Origin: Marsupella aquatica
Taxonomy: Eukaryota; Plantae; Marchantiophyta
NCBI GenBank assembly: GCA_973895155.1
Contig: OZ316893.1
Coordinates: 27,910,210-27,974,209 of the forward strand
Direction of reading: 5' to 3'
DNA length: 64,000 nucleotides
Shown: in pieces, positions 1-13,672 of the stretch
Position numbering within the stretch: the first letter of the stretch is position 1
How the letters are laid out: each line of letters begins with the position of its first letter
Notes under the pieces: model-generated
Told to the model about the DNA's origin: nothing
What the model saw: only the letters and a program-made list of their open reading frames with translations
Databases searched by the model: none
Translations under genes and position numbers: made by a program

Positions 1-408
1 TCAAACTCGGGATTGGAGAAACAGTGGAGTACTGAGCTAATAAGTTTCTCAGCGGGAAATAATACCTAGTGATGGGGATTCCGGAGAATGAGAGAATAGT
101 AAGTTAGGCAGACGTAAACGTAGCAACAATTCTTTCTCAGGGGGAATAAAATTATCATCTTCTTAGACCCCAATGCAAAAGGTACAAAGAACACCAAAAC
201 GAAGAGCCCAATGGATGCAACAGTGTGTTTGTCCTGTGTCAATTTCGAGAGTAGAATGCGATGGAAGGCGGGGAGCATTCCCGTGGCACGGGGGCTGTAT
301 TGTCTGGAACTTCTGTTGGACCACAATTCTATCGATTAAGCTAATTGTCAAGAAGTACAACCATGGTTTGGCAAGGAACATATTCGGACTTTGATTTTAG
401 TCACAGAG

Positions 409-3400
409 ATGCAAGGACCCAACGTCCCCTGGTGCGTGGGTTCTGTATTCTTTCCGCCCCAACTTCTAACTTCCGATCGTAAGCCCCCTAACATCTCCAT
501 CCTCTATTCTTCGATTACTTCAGGATAGTGATGAAATTGCTTCATGCTGTGCTCCAAGTCAATGCCGATAAGAGATAGCCTTCTCTAAATTTCGTGGTGA
601 GCACGTCCGAAGATTTTTCGCCGTTATGAAATCAAAGGTCAATTAGGATGTCTTTCGAGTTGGGATGAGAAACCCAGGTGGGTTTTCAGTATAAAATTGC
701 TTTGCATAATAAAAAATGTCAGCTTAGGTTGCGGTTTTGTTCTCAAGAAGATGTGCTCTGGTCCTCTGATTAGACTGAAAAGGGGTTGTGCACGTGGAAA
801 GAATACTTTTTGCGCCAAGATGAGGGAACTCAGAAACAATTTTTGATGGTGCAGTGGGACCATTGATCATCAATCCACTGGGAAAACCTCAGCGTCTGTT
901 ATCGACTGGCCAACGGTTGGATCAATCTGAAACTGCTCTCAGCACGAGAAAGGTAACCTTTGCACCTAATCAAAGTGGTCTTAACTTTGTTTCTAAATTC
1001 CACTTTTGTTGTCAGCCTTCTGATCAGGGTGGGGCCCTCGAAAGAAGTTCTGGCCATCTCGCATCTATTACATCTGACTTGGAGTATCTCTCTTTTCTTA
1101 GCAAACCGAAAGCTTCCTCGACGGAATTAATATCCCTTTCATTCCGAGGGACCTACTTCATGGTCAGCTTGTGTCGGATTCATCTAAAAACCAGAATAGC
1201 CAGTTTTATGGTAATCTGCTCCAAGGCTTGAAGGTAAGAAATCTTCTTTCCACTTGGCAAAAAGTTATCCTTGAAGAAAGCTGCACTCAGAAATTGCATT
1301 GTCTTTTAGTTTTGGCTCTTCTTCGACTGAAGCTAATGTCTGCCTGAAACTTGTCACGTAGGGCAGTGCAGCGATGGCGGTGTTGTTGTGTTTTTCATTT
1401 GCGGGGAAGGTTCCAATCGCATTGCCAGTACTGTTCTCCATCAGGGGAGTAGTGGGAAGTGGTATTCTATACGAGCCTCCTTAAGCTCCCAGTGTTTAGA
1501 TGACTCAGAACAAACTGATTGGTCGCTCTCCCCTTCTCTGCAGTATGCAATTCAGCAGGTAACTCGAACTTGTCTAGCAAATCTTCTGGAATTTCTAATA
1601 ATGTACTCGTACTATGCCTGTACTCTGCAGCAATGTCCTTGCTTCGCCATATAGTTTCGTTGTCTCTGCAGTTCTCGGCATTAATGTTTCTCTGCTTGAT
1701 TTAGGCAAGTGTGCGGCTTGTGTCGTATGTACTCTGTTCTGAATATTGTTTTACGAACGTTGACAAGCAAACCAAGTTTCATATAGTGTGTTGTTTAGAA
1801 TGTGAGCACAGCAAGAACCTTAACATTGAGAATAATCTGCTCAATTGTGGTATAACCTGCTCCTGAATCTTCTTAAGTATGCAGCTTTTTATCAAGCAGG
1901 TCGTTTCCTGATTTGGCATGAAATGATTGTGTGGCACTAACTTTATTAATGAACAGTTGTCAGCAGTTTGGACAGATTCCTCAGGAGGTGGGGGCACAGG
2001 CCTTGCCATTGTTGCAGCTCGCACCGACTATCATGTCTACTTCTGTACTGTCTCAATAGAGGTAGCTCTGCTCCATCCGAGGTGAAACCTTTGCTGTTGT
2101 GTGTGATGTTGAGTTGAATCATAAATAATTCGTATTATTAGTGGGTTTACAACAAATTGAAGCTATTGAGGCAATTTATTACTGAGCTTGCCATTTCAGG
2201 TGTGTATTTGGGGGTTTCTTGCGAACGTGGTCTTGGTTGATTGTTGTTTGAGTTTCTGAATTAGAACGTCGGAGCCACTGGGAAGTTCGATGACTTCACG
2301 GAAGAGCTTCTCATACTCGTTCCCTGGCCTCTGTGTATAATTGTAGGTCAATGCTACGTGGTTAATTATCTACTATTTTACAGGAAGATCGAGTGCAATT
2401 CAACTCAACTTCGAAATCCACGTTTCAAGTTCCCACAGCACACGTGAGTTTTTACATCCTGTGTCTGGGAGGGTGGAGCACCTATAACGAGTTGGCAATT
2501 GAATTTACCATTGGAGTTTATTGGCTGGTTACTGCTCTTGTATCCGTTAGAAGATTAAGCTTTAGTATTATCTTGGCATTTGGTATTTGGCATTCTCAGC
2601 CTTGGCTGTCCCACTGTTCAACAATTCCTCTCAGTACCTTCGAATGGCTGAAGGCAAAAAAACGAATAGGAATGGGATAGAGCCTTGATCAATCCTGATC
2701 TGCATATCCATTGCAGGTGACTTGGAGTCCACATGTTAATGGAAGAGCTGCTGTAATATTGGAAAGTGGGACTCTATTCTTGTTTGAAGTGATACACTCT
2801 CAAAATCGTAACCTTGATGGCGTTGTTGAACTGATACCTACAGCAACAGTAAAATGCCCAATGCAAATACCTTTTGCAAAGCTCTCAAGCCAGTACACTG
2901 CAGTAAGGCAGAACCAGCACCAAGAACATGGTCATATTGAGCCTAACTCTGGTAGTAGCATACAAGACGTGGCTGTGGAAGCTACAGAGAATGTACCAGA
3001 ATTGGACAAGAAATGGTGGTGCTGTGAATTTGGATGGCTTCCACATACGCTGCTTGTTGCCAACTCTTGGGAAATTTTCCTTTTAGATTTGATGGAGAAC
3101 GATTCTACATTAGATTCCTCGAGAAAGACACAGGTTGGTACGAAAACATCTGTGAGTGCCATAAACTTACTGGCAAATGTGGGAGCCCATGAGTATTCCC
3201 GATTTTGCTTATTGAAATCGGGGAAAGAACATATTGTGGCATTTGGTCGAGATTTCAGCGATGGTGTACATGAGTTCAGTGTGGCAACAGAGCTTCATGT
3301 AATCCTATTTGATACACGGCAGCCACAAACTCCGATCCTTCAGGTACTCACTCATCATATTTGTCTTCCCAGTATTCATAAGGAACTGAAATTTATATTA

Positions 3401-6400
3401 GCGAACTACTATTGATTGTTAGCGCTGCCGTATGACTTGATGGACTAGTCATTTCTATGACTTGAAGGAGGAAGGACACACAAGGTATGTGACATTTTGG
3501 TCTTTCCAGCCTGGAGAGGTGCAGCCATCTTGCCGCATCCTTCATAACTGTCGAAAGGGCAAACCGTCAGATAGGGTCTGTTTACTGAGTTAGCAGCTGT
3601 AAGTTCATATTGATGTAATTATCTTGTTTCTCAGTGGGAGCATGCAATGGGACAAGACCCGCCAAGCCTCCTCATAATGTGTCCTCTCTCAGCTCTTCAA
3701 TCTTTCCATGGCAAGGAAAAGTTGGAAGATATTCAAAATGGTACCCTTTTCCTCCACTCCCTGCACCTTTAATTACAATGCGGATGTCTCAACCTTCTTG
3801 ACAGTTTCTTTATTGAAGAGTTGATAATGATGGGAGCTGATTGCTGGTGGACAGGTCGGGTTATTCTAGCGGTTAGCTTCAGGTCAGGTGATATACGTGT
3901 TTTTTGCTATGGCTCTGGAGTCTCCGTAATTGAGTCGCCAATGGATAACAATCCCAAGAAGCAGAAAGTTAAGGGCAATGAGTGGGGTAATGCAACTTAT
4001 GCATGGGATATTCCATCAAGATTATATGCTCCTCTGGCCAAGGTAGATGATTGGAGATATGTCTTGAGCTCATCACAAGGCTTGTATGGTCACGGGTTGT
4101 ACTTGCCAAAGTCATGCAACGGAGGGCAAAATATTGCAGGCATTGTCCTGTTGTCAGAAAATGCTCCAGAATATTTATTTTATGAGAGGAAGAAGGCAAT
4201 CACAATACTGCAGCTGACAGGACAGGGTGAGCTCTTAGCTCAGACATACACGGTGTCTCATGAACTTCAGGATCCAAGTACAGTCGGTCTTTCAAGTATA
4301 GATGACAAGTCAGGTATTCTCACTTTGACATAAGTTCCTTACATTCCAGAGTCTCTTATATTTTCTTGAACTTTGAGCAAGGAGACTCAACCAGGGAGAC
4401 TAGCTGTTGCTTCAAAATTGGTAGACTTCCAGTCTCTTGGAATCCTTTTTTAAGTCCAAACTTTCTTGAACACTTTTGCCGAACCTAAGCATTTATTAAG
4501 CTGTTGACTTCATCTTGCAGATGCTGACGAATCTGAGAGTGTAGAAAGGCCCAAATACCGTGAACTTAAATTCGAAGTTCTCCCAACATTTCTTAAGTGT
4601 ATCCTTGCTATCGACTGCTCTAACTGGCCCATTGTGAACACATATCATAGTCTTAGGTATTGTATGTTTTCAGGATGATGACGTTGTTCATCCTTACGCC
4701 AAGCTTCCTCGCAGAGTAGGTGCCATCAAGACTACTTTAAATTAGAACTTAGGCGAGAAACACTCAGGTGTATCCCGGATATCTTTATCAAACTTGAATA
4801 AAGGTGCGGGCTCTCTTCATAAAATTGGAGTCTCAAGTATCATAGACGGATTCCACATGAATATATTTTCAAGGATATTTTCAGTTTGATCTCTCACAGA
4901 AAAGACCTGTAATGAGAAGCATCTCTGAAAATTCCTAGACTGCTGGAAATATCTTAATACTTACACAGATATACGAACAGGATCGACATTGAATCCTCAT
5001 TCCTCCCGATACTGTGAGAACGAAAGTTTAGTCGAAGACGATGCTGAACAGACACTCAATCCGGGCCATCAAACAAGTGGTGGAGCCACTAGTGAATGGA
5101 TGAATCAGGATCCCCCAGTTTCAAATCCGATTTTGGAGAAGATATTGAGTACAGCAGACCTGGAAAACCAGCTGAGGCTGTTGATGAGACAACTTTCTGT
5201 TCCTCTGAACATGTATGTACGTCACAACTCTTCGAATTTATCTCAGAAACAATGTCACTGGGCTTTGGGTTTCACGACTTTCGTATGGTCTTGATCATGT
5301 TAATTGCACAATGCGGTATATAGTTGTGTCACAGGATATGTACCTGTTTTTCTAGAAATCACGAAGTTTTAAGGAAACAGTCATCGTTTGTGTGAGTGGG
5401 TCTGCGGTTACGTCCCTGGCTGACTTCTTTATTGTATTGAGCAGGTATGAAGTGGCTTGCAAGGTTCTGAGCATGGGATTACCTGAGAGGCTTGCCCATT
5501 TGAATCCGGGTATACCATCAGATTTAAATGCTCACTGGCACAGGGGATATAATTTTTCATCAGTCTCACCGCAATTGAGTTCTACAGGTTTTAGTCCCAA
5601 GTTGGGTGATCCAAGAGGAGAGGGTGAACCTTCAGAAGCTACGTGGTCGAATGGTTTGGCTGCGAAGACAAGTTTTCAAGAGACCATGCCTCGTCCTCTC
5701 CTGCTTGAAATGGGTATTATTGACAAACCCAATACAGGTCCTTCACCAGCAAGTGGAGGGAAATGCCACACAAATCATTTTCAAAGTCGTATCCCTGTCG
5801 ATGGTGAATATCTTACCGATATCAAGGATTGCCGTGAAAGCAAGAATAAAAAATATGCCGTTACATTCGTGGGTGGGCACGAGCTCCTCTCGGAGGGTAG
5901 CCAATGTGTGGACGGTCTCATAGAACAGCTGATCTCGAACAACAACCGCGCGGGTATACATTTGAGTGAGCCGACGCAAGAGTGGCAAGAAAATCCAAAC
6001 GGTGACTTCCAATCAGATTTGCAAATTCTTTCGTACACTGTGCCAGAAAAGGGACTTTTCGCCACTCATTCTAGAACAGCGGGTTCTGATCCACAAAAAT
6101 CAATAAATTCTACGGACACGGCAACTGCCATGTATATGGGCAAGTCTGCTGAAGTAGTTGTCGGGCATGATGCTAAGGCGAAGTCCAGAACTTTTGTGGA
6201 GGATTTGTGTAGTAAATTTGTAGGGCAGAAGGCTAGCTCCGAAAATCAGGAAAGCCCTCTAGCTAAGCGATACTTGGAGATAGACCCAAGTCTCTGCCCA
6301 ATCAAGCTCTGCTTCACAGATCCAGGTAATCTCCATCAGCAAGTCGTTTCTAGTTACGCGTTTAATTATTTGGGATGACATTCTCCAATCACAGAGAGCA

Positions 6401-6549
6401 TGTGGACATACGTCGTTTGCTTGATATTTGTGCCGGTGGTTGCCGCAGATGAAGAATTGGAGCCTGGTGAATTGACTGCATTAGAAGATATGCAAGCGGC
6501 CTTCCGTCAATGGCAACAATCCTTTTCACTGTACAAGACTTTACACTGA
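409..6549 (+). CDS. TAF1C: Multi-exon gene, TATA-binding protein-associated factor RNA polymerase I subunit C (TAF1C)-like
   Basis: ATG at 409 gives MQGPNVPWCVGSVFFPPQLL, and the next exon (~856) reads GPLIINP; both resemble plant TAF1C N-termini as I recall them. WD-like exons follow at ~2718-3343 (VTWSPH, CEFGWLPHTLLVA, VILFDTR), ~3635-3740 (WEHAMGQDPPS), ~3856-4312 and ~5445-6324. The last exon 6449-6549 reads EELEPGELTALEDMQAAFRQWQQSFSLYKTLH*. GT-AG boundaries are visible; internal exon limits are approximate. Confidence 0.75.
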
Positions 6550-8147
6550 TTTCGGATTTATGAAGCAAGATGTGGAAAGCCGTAGATATATTCAATAGTA
6601 CTTTATCAAATGGATTTACATTTTTTAACATTTCCCTCAGATTTTAAAATGAAAGAAAGGAGGACTTTCCCTCAGATTTTAATATAAAAGAAAGGTGGAC
6701 CTGTGATATGCTAGAGGATAATTAGCGAGCGTTTGTCCTCGAGATGCTTTCTTATTTGGCGTTGAGCCACGTTTGGCACCGTGTGCTTAGCTGAGTGCCT
6801 CACGTCTTTCAGTTTTGGAGGTGGTTAGGAGCAGAGTTGAATGAGTTTCCAGAGGGTGGGACAGTATTGAACTGCCCCAGTTTAAGTTAATAGCGTATTT
6901 CTTGTTTTGCTTTGGTACCAACAGAAGTGGGTTCCTTGTCAAGCTTGTTACGTACAGAGGCTTGGATTGAGGATATAAGTTTGATTGCAATAGTCTGACA
7001 AATGAATGTCAAACCGTAGAGGTATTACTGCGCAACTTTCTATTGCCCACTGGTCACAGCATGAATCGGTTAGAGAATGTTACTAGTGATTTGGAACGAG
7101 CTCGAAGTGATTTTCCCCAACGGTTTGAGTTGCCTATGAGCCACATTTGTTGATGTTGGAGTCCAGGCGAAGGCTGTCAAGGAAAGCTTACAGATGGAGG
7201 AACGCGTTCTGATGATAAAGATGAAGAGCTGAAGTGGTAAATTTTGGATATGCTGGTTTTCTTCCCTGGGATATTCTATCTGGATTACAACTGTGACACT
7301 CACGGGCCTTCAATCTTTTCTACTGCCTAAGTCCAATTAGGCTGTGCGGGTTTGACAAGTCATATCGGTAATCTTCCGGCAGGTTAGTCACAAATTTGTT
7401 GGATATCATCTTGTGTATATCAGCAAGCTGCATGTTTTAATCATTCTCCACACTCTCATCTTCCACGGTGCCCCCCAACATGAAAATTTTGGCCTCAATC
7501 AGTTGCATATATTTACCTAAGTACGCATCGCCACGGGGTTTGTTGTATCGGAAATACATTCTGTGTTGACTTCATCCTTTATGACCCTAAGTCGCTTGCA
7601 CAATTGACGGAAGCTTTACAAATTCTCTTCATCCCAAGCAAGGTGTTTCAAATTTAGGGTCTTCTGGTCATGTGAAGGTTTTACATGCTTCTTTGATGAT
7701 GGTCCAAATTAAATCTCAAATAAAATTTGGGGGCTGAGGTATGACACAGGTTCTGCAATGTGGCCGTCAATATAATTCCTGTGTTCGTTGGTTGAACATA
7801 GTTCATCTATGCGATGGGGTTTAAAAAAATGCCCCCAAGAAACTTTTGTCAGAAATACATATGGACTGAAATACTGGACTGAAATACTGGACTGCAATTC
7901 TAGATTGCAATACAGTTTCCCTTGTTCTAAAGAGAACGAAACAAAATCCATGTATTGCATATAGTATTTGTATTCTGGCAAGATCATAATGGCTTGCAGA
8001 GGCAGGGGAAAGAGGTGAGGGGAACATTTAATGATTTGTCTTTTGTGTTAATTTTTTTCCACTTTGTTGAGCTTGTTCCCTAAATGTGACCCAACCCCCT
8101 TTGGTTTCTTTTGATTTTTTCCACTGTGTTGACCAAACCCCCTTTGG

Positions 8148-8375
8148 TCACGGGCCTGGTGTAAAGGTGCAATTCTTGTAAAGGTAGAGATTATGCAAAT
8201 TAGCCCAAGCGTGTCCTCTATTTCCTATAAAGGTAGAGGTTCTGTATTTCGTGTAAAGGTGCATTTCCTGTAAAGGTAGAGGGTATACAAAGTAGCCCAA
8301 GTCGTGTCCTGTATTTCCTGTAAAGGTAGAGGTCATGTAAAGTAGCCGAAGTGGTGTCCTGTATCCTGCACAAGT
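8148..8375. repeat. Degenerate tandem/sub-terminal-type repeats (core CCTGTAAAGGTAGAGG)
   Basis: GTAAAGGT(A/G) and TGTCCT(G/C)TATTTCCT motifs recur several times; probably a DNA transposon remnant. Confidence 0.55.
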
Positions 8376-9306
8376 GTACATGAAGGTTGGCTGGATCACC
8401 AACGCGCAGTGTGTTGCCATCTGGCGGACTAGAAAACTGATATATGAATAACAGGAGGGACCTTTGTTGTGGTATGGAAGAAAACTGTTCAACAAAATAT
8501 TGAGAGCAGCTGGGCCTTGTACTGGGCAACAGAAACTTGCCACCTTGCGCAATGAGTACAGCAAGTTAGCGGCTGCTCGCACCAAGAGTGCGCGGTAAAC
8601 GTACAACAGACTTCTCAGTAAAGTTTCCGTGCAAGAAATAAAAACTAAAACAAAACTACAACAGACTGTACACACGATCACGACAGGTGTTCGATCGAGT
8701 AGCAATGCACTCGGGACACCCAATATCTGGTGTCTTGTCTTTAAATATACATTAGTAAAATACAGAAATCAAAAACATGTGAGGTGTGTCTTTAAATATA
8801 CATTAGTAAAAAAACAGGAATACAAAACATATGGGATACACCTCCCCACCAAATTTCAAAATACTTATTTAATACCCATAGAGAGACGGGAGAATGTAGT
8901 CACTTTTAAATAATTAATTAAATACATATTATAAAAAATACATAATCACACTGGAAATGTGAATTCTGAATCTTGTTCCACCCCTCTTGATTTGTGTACA
9001 GTTTTTTAAATTTGTCCACCCCTTTTAACTAATGCTCCTCTACATATTTTATTTGTCCTTTTCTTTGTATTTTGTGATGGTGTCCCGTCCCACTTGTGTG
9101 TAAACAAAAGCCCAGAACCCAGACATTGTCCTTGCCCATCCACATGGACTGTGTAAAGTTATCATCCTTTTTATATCAAAAAGAAAAAAATTGGTTCCAA
9201 GTAGTCACAGATCATAGTTGACTACTTTCACTACCTTGGCCAAAAAATAGTCAAGAGATCATGGTGACCTCAATAATGACATGATAACATTTTTCAGATT
9301 CAAGTC

Positions 9307-9669
9307 AATGAAGTAGTCAAGTTACCAAGTAAACCTGTTTGGTAATATAATTGAAATCGGCTGCGAATAGTAAGGAGACAGTTTATAGATCATATTTCAA
9401 TCAAAAATGTAAACAGTGTCATCAAAGTTAGTTTAAAGTTCTGAGAGTACATCCAAGCTTTGCCCGTACATCTGGGTTTCATAGACGAATGAAGTAGTCA
9501 AGTTACCAAGTAAACCTGTTTGGTAATATAATTGAAATCGGCTGCGAATAGTAAGGAGACAGTTTATAGATCATATTTCAATCAAAAATGTAAACAGTGT
9601 CATCAAAGTTAGTTTAAAGTTCTGAGAGTACATCCAAGCTTTGCCCGTACATCTGGGTTTCATAGACGA
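9307..9669. repeat. Direct tandem duplication of about 181 bp, followed by short CATCTGGGTTTCATAGA repeats
   Basis: AATGAAGTAGTCAAGTTACC... at 9307 is repeated essentially identically at 9488. Confidence 0.9.
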
Positions 9670-10429
9670 AGTGTAGCTACATCATCTGGGTTTCATAGAC
9701 AAAGTGGAGCTACATTCTGGCTTTAGTTTCGTAGGTTCGACATCGAGGGTTTCATAGATAAAGTGGAGCTACATCCTGGCTTTAGTTTAGTAGGTTCGAC
9801 ATTGATAATCAGTAGACAGTCCAGACAAATATAATGAATCCCTTTTCCTCTAATTTCTCTATGTGTGAGACTTTCATTTTCGTAGAAGAAAGTGGACAGA
9901 AAGATGGTCCGGCTGATGATCTGGCTATTTGAGACGAAAGGCGAGGGAAGACTGGTCGAATTCGCCACGTCTAAAACTGGTTTTCGACTGGCTTCGTTGC
10001 CCCAGTGATCTCGGCAAAGCTCAAATGTCACTTTGATGCTACAAGGTATCTTCATTGCAAGGATACACAAGCATGATGGCGTTCGCAAATGAGAAGATTT
10101 GTGAAGATCTTTTGATACAAGAATGAAATGGAAATTGAGTGAATCTCGTCTTGTCTCAAAATGAATGTGTCAATTAAACATGTACCTTCTCTCTCCGTGC
10201 TTGCAGCTCGTTAGAGTTTCGCAAAAGTGGTCTCCGCTGTACAAGCTGCATTCAAGGACATTTCCACTCTTGAAGTATCTAAAGACCATCAAGTATGGAG
10301 CAACTCTGAATGTTCTGTAAAGATGCACTCACCAAATTCTATCATGAGATGTGGCCTAATCCTATCTTACTAGTTACAATTGCTTAAATCTGATGAACTT
10401 TAGTCCTCCGATGCGACTGGCAAGGTTCA

Positions 10430-11481
10430 TCAAGTCGACTGTAATCGATCTGACTCTGAGATACTCTGGAGTGCCGGCCGCCATTGTCCCGTCCTGGCAA
10501 AGCTTATTGAACGCGTATTCCTTGGCCCCTCTCTGATATTCGATAGTCTATCGTCATCCTGGAATGAATCGGAGAACAAAACGCTTCAATAAACGACAAA
10601 CATGTTGGAGGATTGCATGTCAAAGAACATCAAACAGAAACCGTAAACCGTTACCCTTGTTGTTCGCTCGCAACTTGTTCAGTTTCTACAATCCTTGGAA
10701 TGAAAGGCACATGGCACTAACCGCTTGCGATGGCTCTCGATCATTATTGGGATGAGCAGGGAATTCGGTATTCTGTTCGGAGTAGATACGCTTGGATCTG
10801 GCCCCCAAGCTAGATGATCGTCCTATGACCTTTTGTTCTGAGAGTTCTAGCAACACATCTGCAAAATTTACAGCCGAAAACGTTACCGACATACATGAGA
10901 ACATGTCCGTAAGGTAGAGTATACTAAATGTAGAAAGATCAAGCGTTTTTAGATTCCAATAGCGCTATGCTCGTTAGGTCCCGATAATTCAGAGTACACT
11001 AGTTTCAGCGCCTGAATCCAAACGGAGAGCAAAATCTCGGGATATAACTGACGATTTTATCTAGGCACCAATTCTTGTGTGGAACTGGGAGCTACCGGCT
11101 CACATGCCACCTTCATGAATTCGAATTCCCGTGACTTGACCTCTCCCCAATGAAGCGAATTCAACGGTAAAGTATCTCTATCTCTACAGGATTCATAGAA
11201 GCTTCGAAACATGCCAATCTACCTTCGAAGGAGACAAGACGATAATGGTGGCCAACTAGCAGTGTCGCATCGGGAGGCAGCAACTTCAATTTGCTGCTTG
11301 CGATGCGGAGGGGTGTTTTGTGACCAGGCACAACAGCAGCGGGCACCAAGGCGACATAGTTGCCAGGATATTGTAACATTATTTGCCGAGCCGTCACACT
11401 CCAAAAGAGGCGCTCAACTCGGCCACCCGGATGCTCCACCAAAACGCCAACTACATCAGCCGTAGCCTGACAATTTCCCAT
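10430..11481 (-). CDS. DUF4228 (PADRE) family protein, 3 exons
   Basis: Exon 1 reads MGNCQATADVVGVLVEHPGGRVERLFWSVTARQIMLQYPGNYVALV...KLLPPDATLLVGHHYRLVSFE. Exon 2 lies at ~10860-10720. Exon 3 ends GQWRPALQSISESDRLQST*. The N-terminal MGN and C-terminal WRPxLQSISE are typical of the family. Confidence 0.85.
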
Positions 11482-12054
11482 TATACCTCCACGTTGAGCA
11501 GAAAAGCTTGTAGCCAATTTCTTACTCCAAAGAGACTGGAAAGGAACGCGCCTGGTTTATCAAGTGTTTCGAAATTTCTTCTTTGCCTCGAACCAACCAG
11601 GCCTTGATTGCGAGGTCCGACTGTTCTAACTGGTAACGACGGGTTACAGAATTGACCCCAGGTGCCAGGGAGGATAGCCTGCCACACGGTACAAGGATAA
11701 ATTTCCAACAAGCATCTTCATCGTCGACGTTTCATCGGCAATAGTTCAGCTCGACTGTGAGTAGAAGCCAATCTATCGACTGAACCTTCTACGCTTAAGA
11801 TCTTGGTAGCGCATCGGCAATTTCCCCTGCTCGGGCTAGTCCACTGTCTGTCTAACAAGGACCTGTCGTTTAACAAGGTGTCGGTCTACAGCTTACAAGC
11901 CTCCGCGAGCTAGAGCCTGCACATGCTTTGCGCACTCCTTTGTCACCTTCCAAAGCTTCGAGCAGTAACCTGCACTCCGACCCTGCCTCACGCGATGCCA
12001 CTATCGCTCAAGAAACGCAAGCTCCGTCACTGTCGTTTGCACGGGGATTTTCTC

Positions 12055-12096
12055 AGGTGGTAGCCGAGACAGTGTAAACTGTCTCGGCTACCACCT
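12055..12096. repeat. Perfect 19-bp inverted repeat with 4-nt loop
   Basis: AGGTGGTAGCCGAGACAGT-GTAA-ACTGTCTCGGCTACCACCT. Confidence 0.9.
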
Positions 12097-12736
12097 TGGT
12101 CAAAACCAAAAACGCTCTTTTTGTTGTGTCTCGTTGTCGTCTCTCCGAAAGTGACGCCAGACTCCAAAGTTACATCCCCTAAAAATCATCCACTCGCTTC
12201 TCAAACTCCGCTTGTAATTAAAGAAGATATTTATTTATTTACAAGAGGAAACGTTCAGAATTGGACACGGTCGAATCCGTATCATCAGATAACAAAATTG
12301 GTCCGTAACAAATTACCTCGACCGGCGAGAAGTTGCTTTCAATCATTTTGCAACACCTAAAGAATGAGGGGAGGGAGGCAGGTAGACGATCTTTCCCCAG
12401 TCACTCAGGGCCCCCTCCATCAGTGCCCCCTTTCACCGCCCTCTGTGTGTCTATGTGCCCCTTCCAACAACAACCGGGCAAGCTGCTGGGAGACAGCCAG
12501 CGCAGACGAGAGTGCCGGTAGGCTACCTGCGGACCAAGCAAGCCCCCGGACTCGAAGTTGAAGGAACCCTCCTGGCTCTGTCGCTCGCAGGCACCAACCT
12601 TGCTTTCCGAGCGGCAGGCGCCAGCCGAGTCCACAGCTCCCCTCCACATTACGGAGTTCCGTGGTGGGTGCTCTTCGTTTTCGTAGGCCATGCCTGTCTA
12701 CAGGTAGCTGGGAAGTGCGAACTTACTCACAGGACG

Positions 12737-12958
12737 TCCCCGCGTATCAGGAACTATACTGTTCTGTAGTCTTCTGTCCTATTATCAATGTTCACAACTT
12801 TGAATTTGGTTCGAACGAATGCTTTACTAACTACAGTACTTGAGTCCGTTCGAAACCAAATTCAACGTGGTGGACATCGACGCAGTATAGATCGCACGTG
12901 GACACCACACGACAGGACACAGGACACTACAGAACAGTATAGTTCCGTGATACGCGGA
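12737..12958. mobile_element. MITE-like foldback element
   Basis: Outer arms CGCGTATCAGGAACTATACTGTTCTGTAGT and ACTACAGAACAGTATAGTTCCGTGATACGCG; inner arms TTGAATTTGGTTCGAACG and CGTTCGAAACCAAATTCAA. Confidence 0.6.
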
Positions 12959-13423
12959 CCGGAGCTTCGCGGAGAAAAAAACTCTCCCCAAAATAGCAAT
13001 TTTGGTCTGTTGTAGTCAGGGGTGCGCGGACAAGCATTTCAGTGTCCGAGAGATTTTACGCTACCTGAGACAACACAAAGAGGTTTGAGGTGCCGTACAC
13101 GGGTTTCCACTCCAAGTCTCTATAGTCTTCTTTTGTCATTGTTTTTTTTTTTTTTAATAATTTGAACCTATAAATTTCATTGCAGCATACAACTCATACC
13201 ACGTTTTTAGGGTAAAAACTTCACTCAGCAAAAACAGTAGTTTTACTTCAAAATCAGCTGGTCGTGAGATAGTACCGTCCAATCTTCAGCATGAAGTATG
13301 AGTTCATTTGTGGGGGATATATTTTGCATCCAGGTAATTACATATCAAAATATGATATTTATGTCACTCCATACCATAATAAACTCAATCATTCTGTTTA
13401 AGTTGATATCATTCTTAGATTGG

Positions 13424-13672
13424 GCCTTAGAGAATAGAGTGTACCAAGGAGCAGACCCATTACTAAGCTTGCAGGGCAAGTGAGAGGCTGGGCCTCTGTC
13501 ATTGTAGTGTGGAGTCCATTGCCGTCGGTCTGTTGATTCCCTTTGAAGTTGAGTCAACTTTGTCAACAGGTCCAACGGCAATGGACTCCACACTACAATG
13601 AGGCCCAGCCTCTCACTTGCCCTGCAAGCTTAGTAATGGGTCTGCTCCTTGGTACACTCTATTCTCTAAGGC
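13424..13672. mobile_element. Foldback/MITE-like element with ~100-115 bp near-perfect inverted arms
   Basis: GCCTTAGAGAATAGAGTGTACC...GGAGTCCATTGCCGT is mirrored by ACGGCAATGGACTCC...GGTACACTCTATTCTCTAAGGC. TGG lies on both flanks (possible 3-bp TSD). Confidence 0.8.
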
